59,964 nucleotides of DNA from positions 1 to 59,964 of the forward strand of contig JAIRSJ010000095.1 of NCBI GenBank assembly GCA_031255525.1. The letters run 5' to 3'. This stretch comes from Campylobacteraceae bacterium. Its GTDB lineage: Bacteria > Campylobacterota > Campylobacteria > Campylobacterales > Campylobacteraceae. How positions within the stretch are numbered: the stretch's first letter is position 1; the number at the start of each line of letters is the position of its first letter. The notes beneath the pieces were generated by a model. That model was not told the origin of the DNA and did no database searches. It worked only from the letters and a program-made list of their open reading frames with translations. Of the stretch, positions 40,730 through 48,922 are shown piece by piece. Position numbers and translations under genes: made by a program.

Positions 40730-41377
40730 TTATGATATTTTACTAAAATTGTCCCTTATAAATGTTACTGCATGTAAAGTATCTTCTGCTATCTTGTCCG
40801 TAAGTTGCATTAAATCTTCCTCTTTACCATATCCGCACAATACCCCTACACTATTTATACCTGCCTCTTTTGCCGCCATTAAATCCAAAATCATATCACC
40901 TATAATCCACGCGTTTTTCGCATCGCTATTTAATGCCAAAAGAGCTTTTAACACAGGTTCCGGGTGTGGTTTGGGATTTTTGACATCTTCTCGTCCGATT
41001 ACTGCTTTGAAAAATTTCAAAAGTCCGAAGTGTTTTAATATCTCTTTTGTGTAAATAGAGGTTTTTGTGGTAACTATGCCGATATTTGCAAAAGTTGCAG
41101 CAATCTCCACAGCCTCTTTCGCTCCGTTTATCAAAACTGTCTTTTGTATGGCTATGGTTTTGTAATGAGCTTTATATGCCGCTACAAACTCCTCTGCCAT
41201 ATCCGCATGTATGCCCAATTTTTCAAACATAATATCAAGCGGATAACCGATAAGAGGAGGGATTTTTTCAATATCCGAAAAATTGATATTCATCTTTTTA
41301 AAAGCCGCGTCAAAGCTCTCTAAAATCGCAGGTGTCGAATCAATGAGCGTACCATCCATATCAAAAAGTATAGTCAA
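40730..41377 (-). CDS. HAD-superfamily hydrolase (phosphoglycolate phosphatase-like)
   Basis: Motif I ILFDMDGTLIDS, motif II VTTK, and a motif IV-like WIIGDMILD. Sits next to por, like the C. jejuni hydrolase gene. Confidence 0.8.
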   Translation of the reverse strand: MTILFDMDGTLIDSTPAILESFDAAFKKMNINFSDIEKIPPLIGYPLDIMFEKLGIHADMAEEFVAAYKAHYKTIAIQKTVLINGAKEAVEIAATFANIGIVTTKTSIYTKEILKHFGLLKFFKAVIGREDVKNPKPHPEPVLKALLALNSDAKNAWIIGDMILDLMAAKEAGINSVGVLCGYGKEEDLMQLTDKIAEDTLHAVTFIRDNFSKIS

Positions 41378-41856
41378 ATATTCTCCTTTTATTTATACGC
41401 ACAAATTAATATAACCACATCATATTTGCACACAAAAAACCATTCATCAAAATCCCAGTGAAGAATTTCACCTTGCTCTTATCTGCAAACCGAATGAATT
41501 ATAAGCACGATACAAGCTATGAGAAATGCTTTTTTGTATCATAAATTTTCCACATGTAAAAAAATATTTTTTAGCAAAGCGGTAGTTTAGCATATCTTTT
41601 ATCCGTCCCAATTAGAGATTTTAAGGTGGTCATTTTTCATTAAGCTTTAACTATAAAACAAACCGTCATAACGCTGCGTCAAATGAGATAAAAGAGAATT
41701 TTTGCATAAAAAATCATACTCTAAAAGACTTTATACAAATTAGGTATCTTGATTTTAAAGCTATAGATATATCTTTTACTTTTCATATTATTGAGACCAT
41801 GCGGACTAAAACATCTCTATTGCTCTTATCGCGTCTCTTTAAAAGCTATCAGAATA

Positions 41857-42666
41857 CTACTTTTTTTGCGAAACTTCTACTTGCGGGTATGGTATCGTTA
41901 TGCCCTCATCGTCAAACTTAAGTTTTACAGCTTCATTTAGATGAAAATAGACACCCCAATAATCGTCGTTTTTTACCCAAACTCTAACGGCAAAATTCAC
42001 ACTGCTTGAACCAAGTTCCAAAACAGCCACTAATGGAGACGGATTTTTCAGCACTCTTTGTTCTGCTGCGACTATCTCTTCCAAAATCTTTTTTGCTCTT
42101 CTCAAATCATCTTCATAGCTTATGCCAAATACCAAATCCACTCTACGTACTTTTTTGCTCGAATAGTTAATAATATTGTTTGCGACTATTTTTGAGTTTG
42201 GGATAATTATCTGCTTATTGTCGTTTGTTCTTAAAATAGTACTAAATATGTTTATGGATTCGACTGTACCTATCACTCCGATAATCTCTATCATATCTTT
42301 CACTTTAAAAGGCTTAAAAAAGACTATCAGAAGTCCTGCACCTATGCTCGAAAATGAGTCTCTTAAGGCCATGCCTATAGCAAGCCCCATCGCGCCGATA
42401 AGCGCAACAAATGATGTCGTTTCAATACCCAGATTTGCAAGCGCAGCAAGTATAACCACAAAAAGCAACGCCATATAAATAGCACTGCTTAAAAACGATG
42501 CGGTTGTCTCATCTAAAGATGTTTTGCCAATAACCTTGACAAACATTTTTGAAAGCCATAAAGCAACTTTCTTGCCTACAAAAAATATAAACAAAGCTCC
42601 TATAACACGAAGTCCGTAAGAGCTTATAAGTCCGATTATTTGTTCTTGTTTTAAAAATTCCATCAT
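41857..42666 (-). CDS. small-conductance mechanosensitive channel (MscS family)
   Basis: 269 aa with three N-terminal TM segments, then FKPFKVKDMIEIIGVIGTVESINIFSTILRTNDNKQIIIPNSKI, typical of the MscS beta domain. Confidence 0.85.
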   Translation of the reverse strand: MMEFLKQEQIIGLISSYGLRVIGALFIFFVGKKVALWLSKMFVKVIGKTSLDETTASFLSSAIYMALLFVVILAALANLGIETTSFVALIGAMGLAIGMALRDSFSSIGAGLLIVFFKPFKVKDMIEIIGVIGTVESINIFSTILRTNDNKQIIIPNSKIVANNIINYSSKKVRRVDLVFGISYEDDLRRAKKILEEIVAAEQRVLKNPSPLVAVLELGSSSVNFAVRVWVKNDDYWGVYFHLNEAVKLKFDDEGITIPYPQVEVSQKK

Positions 42667-42672
42667 TTAAAA

Positions 42673-43156
42673 TTACTCAATAAAAATAGTTTTAACTCTT
42701 CCATTTTTGGTCAGCTCTTTGGTGTTTTTGTTAATCGCCGCATTTTTGTCGCTAAAGCTGTCATGCAATTCTCATCAACAATACGGACAGACAAACTCAT
42801 TTGCCGCGCTTTTGGTTTTTTGCTCAAAGCTCTATCCTGATACTTTGGGGCAACTGTCTTTAATTATAATCCCGCAATCTATCTTGCTCTTTAATATTTT
42901 AGCTATAGATTCTAATCTGCAGCTCAAAACTTCAACTTTGTTCAATTTAATACGGTTGATTGCCACACTCTGCGCTATCCGTTATCATATATTTCGCTCT
43001 TCTTGAAGCTTTTCTAAAAACTCGGTTACAAGGTAAAATCCTCTTCTCTTAAATATAAAACCTTGCTTGGAATTGTGTTATACTTAACAGTCAAATCAGC
43101 CCACAAAAAGCTTCGTCTTCTTTTTTATTAAAGATTTTAATGTCTTCTATTCCCAT
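42673..43156 (-). pseudogene. probable decayed gene upstream of mscS (identity unknown)
   Basis: AAGGAT RBS plus ATG at 43156, then a stop after 21 codons (MGIEDIKIFNKKEDEAFCGLI*). Protein-like open stretches continue in shifting frames (e.g. RIAQSVAINRIKLNKVEVLSCRLESIAKILKSKIDCGIIIKD) and end at a TAA 6 nt before the mscS start. Confidence 0.35.
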
Positions 43157-43503
43157 TATTTAATCCTTATCTACTTTAGCAATCTACAAGATAGTAGAAA
43201 TTTACATTTAATCCTTTAGACTATCTACGACTATTAAAGTCTTCTTATCGGTTGTGAAGCCACAATAATCAGCGCTTGTTTTTACGCATATCAGGCTCAC
43301 TTATTTAATTGATAAATGTAAACTTGAAACTGCTCTCAACTTCATTTGGAAAATATTATTAATATATTTATCACAATATCGGATTAATTTTTCCAAGTTA
43401 GCATTTGTCCTTAAAAATAATGATAAAAACTGTTCTGTTCATCTTTATTTTTTAAAGTTTTGTTTAAAAAAGTCATTTTATCTAAATTATTTTTAAAACC
43501 AAA

Positions 43504-45003
43504 TTATTCTTTATCCCACTCTAAAATATTGTGCGTAACTCCTATAATTGACGGATAGACAGGAGATATATTTCTTTTGACGGCAGTAATATTTTTTGGT
43601 ATATATAAAAAAAGATAGGGATTGTCTTGCACGATGAGTTCAAAAATTTCTCTGTAAATTTTACCAAACTCCTCCTCCTCAACTATTTTTTCGGCCTCTT
43701 TTATGAGCTTGTCGACCTTTTCGTTTTTGTATCCTATAAAATTGAAACCTCCGACTTTGTCGGATTCACTATGCCAAATAGAGTAAGCATCCGGTTTAAT
43801 GCCAAGCGACCAACCCATCAAAATAGCATCAAATTTTCTCGGAGCAATAACGGTATTTAAAAATGCCTGCCACTCCATAACTCTTATCTTCACCTTTACG
43901 CCGACGCTTTTAAATTGATGCTGCAATATTTGCGCTACATATACTCTATGGCCCGAATTTGTTATAAGTTCAAATTCAAGCGGATTTTTTTCATTGTATC
44001 CCGCTTTTTTAAGCAGCTCGAGCGCTTTTTTTATATCTTGTTTCGGGGCTTTTATTTGTGTATTAAAAACATTAGTACCCGGCAAAAAAGGTCCTGTACA
44101 CACAAAACCTTCGCCGAAAAGCAAAATATCTATCAACGCTTGTCTGTCAATAGCAAGGCTCAAAGCTTCTCTTACAAGCGGATTTTGAAATTTCGGAAGT
44201 TTCAGATTAAACCCTACATATGTATAAGCGTGCGATATGCCTTCATATATATTAAATTTGCTCATAAATTCTTCATCTGCTTGTTTTTTAAGCTGCAACG
44301 GAGAGATTTCGGCCATATCAAGCTCGCCTGATTTTAACATCAAAAAAGCGGTTGAAGAATCCGGCACAAAATGATAAATTATATTATCAAATTTCGGAGA
44401 ACCTAAAAAATAATTTTTGTTAGCTTGCAATATAAAGTTTTTTGAAATTGAAAAGTCTTTAAGCGTAAACATTCCTGTGCCTATCGGCTTTTGATTAAAT
44501 TTGCTTGTCATCAAAGAATCTTCATCTTTTAAAATATGTTTAGGAAGCACTCCCATCATCCATGTTTCAAGAGCTTTAAAATAAGGGTATTCATAAGTTA
44601 CCTTGATGATAAAATCATCTAATTTTTCCACTTTTCGGACATGCTTAAAACCTTCCGAGTATGGTGTAGAAACGTTTGGGGAAAGAATACTCTCATATGT
44701 GAAAATCACATCATCTGCATCAAATCGCTCTCCATCAGACCAAAAAACATCATCTCTTAGATAAAAAATAAGCGTTTTATCATCCAAAAATTTGTACGAC
44801 TTGGCAAGTTCTGATTTTATAGATGCGTTTTCATCATAAGTAAGCAAACTATTGAATATAAAAAATGATATTTCACCGCTCACGGTATCGGTGGCCAAAA
44901 TGGGATTTATCCTGCTTGGATTTGCATTCATCGCCATATGTAAGGAGGAGCAAAAAAGAAATTGAAATTGAATGATAAAAATTAAAATAAATAGTTTTCT
45001 CAT
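43504..45003 (-). CDS. ABC transporter substrate-binding protein, family 5 (peptide/nickel type), orphan
   Basis: Signal peptide MRKLFILIFIIQFQFLFC, about 499 aa. The family-5 SBP is recognisable along its length (FYLRDDVFWSDGERFDADDV...). No permease or ATPase genes lie adjacent. Confidence 0.8.
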   Translation of the reverse strand: MRKLFILIFIIQFQFLFCSSLHMAMNANPSRINPILATDTVSGEISFFIFNSLLTYDENASIKSELAKSYKFLDDKTLIFYLRDDVFWSDGERFDADDVIFTYESILSPNVSTPYSEGFKHVRKVEKLDDFIIKVTYEYPYFKALETWMMGVLPKHILKDEDSLMTSKFNQKPIGTGMFTLKDFSISKNFILQANKNYFLGSPKFDNIIYHFVPDSSTAFLMLKSGELDMAEISPLQLKKQADEEFMSKFNIYEGISHAYTYVGFNLKLPKFQNPLVREALSLAIDRQALIDILLFGEGFVCTGPFLPGTNVFNTQIKAPKQDIKKALELLKKAGYNEKNPLEFELITNSGHRVYVAQILQHQFKSVGVKVKIRVMEWQAFLNTVIAPRKFDAILMGWSLGIKPDAYSIWHSESDKVGGFNFIGYKNEKVDKLIKEAEKIVEEEEFGKIYREIFELIVQDNPYLFLYIPKNITAVKRNISPVYPSIIGVTHNILEWDKE

Positions 45004-45009
45004 CACGAC

Positions 45010-45018
45010 ATTATAACA
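45010..45018 (-). promoter_or_regulatory. extended -10 element placed for a leaderless SBP transcript
   Basis: Minus strand reads TGTTATAAT-GTCGTG-ATG. The A of the ATG (45003) is 7 nt after the hexamer, and there is no Shine-Dalgarno sequence. Confidence 0.35.
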
Positions 45019-45170
45019 AAAAAAGCAGAACTTACATTATAGATGAAGCCGCGATATATTTTAAAGGATGTGAGGAAACACCGCGGCTTTCTATAATGCT
45101 ACAAAAAGGAGGTTTGTCATTTAGACAAGTCGAATTATACTTGCTTTATTTTAATAAAAGATAAATTTAT

Positions 45171-45198
45171 AAAAAGAGTCAAAAAATTGACTCTTTTT
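45171..45198. terminator. bidirectional intrinsic terminator downstream of rpsI
   Basis: AAAAAGAGTCAA-AAAA-TTGACTCTTTTT, with the stem flanked by an A-run and a T-run. It ends 4 nt from the rpsI stop. Confidence 0.7.
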
Positions 45199-45201
45199 GA
45201 A

Positions 45202-45600
45202 TTAACGTTTTGAAAATTGAGGACTGCGGCGCGCTTTATGTCTACCGAATTTTTTTCTCTCGACCACACGAGAATCCCTTGTAAGAAGTCCTTTTGGTTT
45301 TAAAATCGCGCGGAAATCATCATCTAAAGCAGCCAAAGCTTTTGCTATTCCATGTCTTAGAGCTTCAGCTTGAGCCGAATAACCGCCGCCTTGTATATCG
45401 GCAACAACTTCCAGCAAAGACTCTTGTTTTGTTAAAAGCAAAGGCTGAATTACTTTCAATTTTATAGCCTCATGTCCGCCAAGCCAACTATTTAAATCTG
45501 TGCCGTTAATACTTATGGCGCCTTTACCTGATTTTACCCACACTTTAGCAACCGCTGATTTTCTTTTGCCTGTTGCATACACTTTTACTGCTTTTGCCAT
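45202..45600 (-). CDS. rpsI: 30S ribosomal protein S9
   Basis: 132 aa. ...[19 protein letters not shown]...[25 protein letters not shown]. Confidence 0.97.
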   Translation of the reverse strand: MAKAVKVYATGKRKSAVAKVWVKSGKGAISINGTDLNSWLGGHEAIKLKVIQPLLLTKQESLLEVVADIQGGGYSAQAEALRHGIAKALAALDDDFRAILKPKGLLTRDSRVVERKKFGRHKARRSPQFSKR

Positions 45601-45602
45601 AA

Positions 45603-46034
45603 TTATTTTCCTTTTATCTTGCTAAATTGTGCCGTATGCGGATGTTCACCGCCTGCGTAAACTTTAAGTTTCTTAATCATAGCTTTTCCCAAAATTGTTT
45701 TTGGAAGCATGCCGCGCATCGCTAATTTGTATAACTTCACCGGATTTTTCGCTAAAAGGTCGCCGAGCTTTTCACTCTTCGTGCTGCCAAAATATCCGCT
45801 GTGTCTATGATAAAATTTATCCTCCGTTTTTTTACCGCTGAAGTCGGTTTTGTCCGCATTGATAATAACGACAAAATCACCACAATCAACATTTGGAGTA
45901 AAAGATGGTTTGTGTTTTCCGCGCAAAATTGTAGCGGCTTCGGTTAATACTCGCCCGAATCGCTTTCCTTTGGCATCTATCAAAACCCAGTCTCTAACAA
46001 CCTGGCTTGACTTTAAAATTTGAGTAGCGCCCAT
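45603..46034 (-). CDS. rplM: 50S ribosomal protein L13
   Basis: 143 aa. [47 protein letters not shown]. Confidence 0.97.
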   Translation of the reverse strand: MGATQILKSSQVVRDWVLIDAKGKRFGRVLTEAATILRGKHKPSFTPNVDCGDFVVIINADKTDFSGKKTEDKFYHRHSGYFGSTKSEKLGDLLAKNPVKLYKLAMRGMLPKTILGKAMIKKLKVYAGGEHPHTAQFSKIKGK

Positions 46035-46144
46035 AATATTATGACCTTTGTCTTTGATTTTTAAAAAGGTGATTGTAGTTAAATAATTCTTACATAACGC
46101 TTAATTTAAGTTTATTTGAAGCAAAAAGATAGGTGCTACGAAAC

Positions 46145-48922
46145 TTATGTCAAATCTCGCAAACTAATCACAACGCTTTTATCTTCGTGCAGATAGCAAA
46201 GATACGCCTCAACTCTTTTTTTGCTAATGATTTCAAGGGTATCTCTATACTCATTCACCTGTTTTACATGTGACGATTTTGCAAAAAATGAGCTTTTGTA
46301 ATCAATAATTACACTTTCCGTATCTTTCTCCACCAATATATCTATCTGCTTTCTCTTGCCCTCATACACATACGGCTGCTCTTTGAAAAGTGTACCACCT
46401 TGAACAAGACTTTGAAATTTCTCATTTTTTATCAAACTTAAAACTCTATTTTTTATAGATAAAAAAGCCTTTTCGTCTAATAGCTTTCCATATTTATTTT
46501 TAGTGCAAATAAGACTATTTTTGAGCTCATCTTCGCTGAAGTTTGTCATCATTTCCAAAGTAAAATGCAGTGCGAGTCCAAAATGCACACTTTCCAAACT
46601 GCCCTCAATACTCTCTTTCTCTATAACAACATTTTGCTTGCCAAACGCCAAAGCATTGTATTTTAGTGTTTTTTGCGCACTTTCTTGATGCGGTGTGATA
46701 GGAGTTATGTGACCTGCTTGTATCTGTTGCAACCCTAATGTATCAAAGGACGAATCTTTGTCTTTTTGCACGATAATAAGGCCATTTTTAGCACGTGTAA
46801 AAGCAACATAGAACTGATTTAGCGCATCGTCTTCGCTTAATTTTTGTTCTTTGTCTTTTGCGCATTTATAGCTTTTATCTACAAGTTCTCTTTTGTTCAT
46901 AGGAACGAAAATGTTTTTTAACTCGATTCCATCATAATCAAACAACAATAAATCACTTCCAAATCTTTTACCTTGAATTCTATCTACTACAATAACGTAT
47001 GCAAACTCAAGCCCTTTTGATTTGTGTGTAGTTAAGATTTTTACGCCTTTTGCGTGCTCTTTTAAAGATTTTTCGCCCATTTTATCGCGAGAGAAAAGCA
47101 AGCTTTCTATATTGTCATATCTACTTGCAATTTCTAAAAAATGTATAACATCGGTATCTTTACCCTCAAGTCCGAACTTTTCAATACATGAAGTTATGAT
47201 GTGAAGCGGCGCATCGTTTTTGTCAAAGTCAGCAAGACTTGGCAACTTTTCAAAATCTTCTCCTATTATTGCCATAAAATTACGTCCGAACATACCATTT
47301 TGCGTACTAAAGCTTAACTTTTTTTGTTCCGCAATTGCCCTAAACTTGCTCCAAAATACCTCATCTTCAAAATAGAGATATTTCAAAAACTCCATAATAG
47401 CCACAACATTTGGCGAATCCATCACAAGTGTCGCGCTCTCCGTTCTTGTAAAAATACCTCTCTCTTCAAGTGCCTCTCTTATAGTCAAAACATCGCTATT
47501 AACGGTGCACAAAATAGCAATATTTTCTGCCCTTACGTGCTCGAGCAGCATTTGCACATTCTCGCATGTATCAAAAACTATATCAGTACTTATTGTAACT
47601 TTAACAAAGCCACCCTCTTTTGTCGCTTCTTGCATTTCATAATTTGCAATTTTATCTTTAAAAATTTCATTTACAAACTCTACAATAATTTTTTGACTTC
47701 TATAGTTTTTTTTCAAAGAGTCGACATGTACGTCTAAATCTTTTACTATATGTCCGAAAAGTTCTTTTGCACCACCTCTGAAACGATAGATAGACTGTTT
47801 CGTATCGCCAACATAAAAAAAACTTCTAAACTCTTTTGTGCCTATTCCGGAAATAATCTCGCGAATAATAGGCTCTAAAATCTTATATTGCACAATATTT
47901 GTATCTTGAAATTCGTCTATCAACAAATGTTCTATTGTTCCATCAAGCCTGAAATATAAAAAATCATTATCTATATATCGGCATAAAAGTTCATAAACGG
48001 CATTTGTAATATCATCAAACGAAAGCTCATTCGTCAATTTTGCATTTTGAAGTCTGGCATCTTTGTAAAGAGAAAAAAGGAAAAACAGTTCTCCCATCAA
48101 ATAATGTTCTCTTTTAATATAAAATTCTCTCAATGCTTCTTTTAACCTCTCAAGCATTTCGTCAAGTTCAGGAGTATAAACCTTTTTGTATAACCAATAA
48201 TTAAGACTCTCTTTTGCCCAAAAATTCTTTGCGATAAGCTTGGAGAAATTATCGGCATCAAAAGTTTTCACCGCATTTTCGCTTGCATTCAAGCTCTCAA
48301 GTTTTTGCTTTATTTCGTTTGCAACTTCAAGAACATTTTTATCACTTGGAGCTTTGATTCTATCAAATTGCCATCTGTCTATTTCGCTATTTTTTTCGTA
48401 CATTAAGGATAAAAATTCGAAAAAATCTCTTAAGCTCTTTTGTCCTGAAATCACAAAATGCAAAAGAGAGTCGTATGCATTGAAACTTTTCACGTTTTTC
48501 AAAAAAAATTCATAAAAACGCTGTTCATCATATGCAAAATTACTTCTAAAATCAGGCATAAGTCCAAGATGCAAAGCAAATTTCCGCAAAATCTGTCCGA
48601 AAAATGCATCTATGGTGGAAATTTTGATATTTGCTTTTAAAAAATGCGGCAAAATTTTGGCGCTTACTTTTAAAATCTCATCTTCGCTCAATTCCAAAAC
48701 AGCGCTAAGTTCGCTTAATTCCGCTTTGTGGTTTTTTAAATTTTGCAACGTATTATAAACTCTGTGCTGCATCTCATTCGCCGCTTTTTTAGTAAATGTG
48801 AGCGCAACTATATTAGAAGCATTAGCTCCCTTTAATAAAAGCGCAATATATCTTATGCTAAGCGCAAATGTCTTACCGCTTCCGGCACTTGCATTAAGAG
48901 CTAAACATTCGACAAATTTCAT
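46145..48922 (-). CDS. addA: AddA/RecB-like helicase-nuclease subunit
   Basis: UvrD-type Walker A NASAGSGKTF, DEFQDTN, VGDTKQSIYRFRGG, and a C-terminal RecB nuclease motif VIIDYKSS. The ATG at 48922 overlaps the addB TGA (the track uses TTG 48937). Confidence 0.85.
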   Translation of the reverse strand: MKFVECLALNASAGSGKTFALSIRYIALLLKGANASNIVALTFTKKAANEMQHRVYNTLQNLKNHKAELSELSAVLELSEDEILKVSAKILPHFLKANIKISTIDAFFGQILRKFALHLGLMPDFRSNFAYDEQRFYEFFLKNVKSFNAYDSLLHFVISGQKSLRDFFEFLSLMYEKNSEIDRWQFDRIKAPSDKNVLEVANEIKQKLESLNASENAVKTFDADNFSKLIAKNFWAKESLNYWLYKKVYTPELDEMLERLKEALREFYIKREHYLMGELFFLFSLYKDARLQNAKLTNELSFDDITNAVYELLCRYIDNDFLYFRLDGTIEHLLIDEFQDTNIVQYKILEPIIREIISGIGTKEFRSFFYVGDTKQSIYRFRGGAKELFGHIVKDLDVHVDSLKKNYRSQKIIVEFVNEIFKDKIANYEMQEATKEGGFVKVTISTDIVFDTCENVQMLLEHVRAENIAILCTVNSDVLTIREALEERGIFTRTESATLVMDSPNVVAIMEFLKYLYFEDEVFWSKFRAIAEQKKLSFSTQNGMFGRNFMAIIGEDFEKLPSLADFDKNDAPLHIITSCIEKFGLEGKDTDVIHFLEIASRYDNIESLLFSRDKMGEKSLKEHAKGVKILTTHKSKGLEFAYVIVVDRIQGKRFGSDLLLFDYDGIELKNIFVPMNKRELVDKSYKCAKDKEQKLSEDDALNQFYVAFTRAKNGLIIVQKDKDSSFDTLGLQQIQAGHITPITPHQESAQKTLKYNALAFGKQNVVIEKESIEGSLESVHFGLALHFTLEMMTNFSEDELKNSLICTKNKYGKLLDEKAFLSIKNRVLSLIKNEKFQSLVQGGTLFKEQPYVYEGKRKQIDILVEKDTESVIIDYKSSFFAKSSHVKQVNEYRDTLEIISKKRVEAYLCYLHEDKSVVISLRDLT

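Noticed and set aside
42707-43006. 99-aa plus-strand ORF in the mscS-SBP gap.
   Set aside because: It has a TTG-type start, no RBS and a Leu/Ser/Ile-rich translation. The opposite strand shows the more convincing signature of a decayed gene, reported as a pseudogene.
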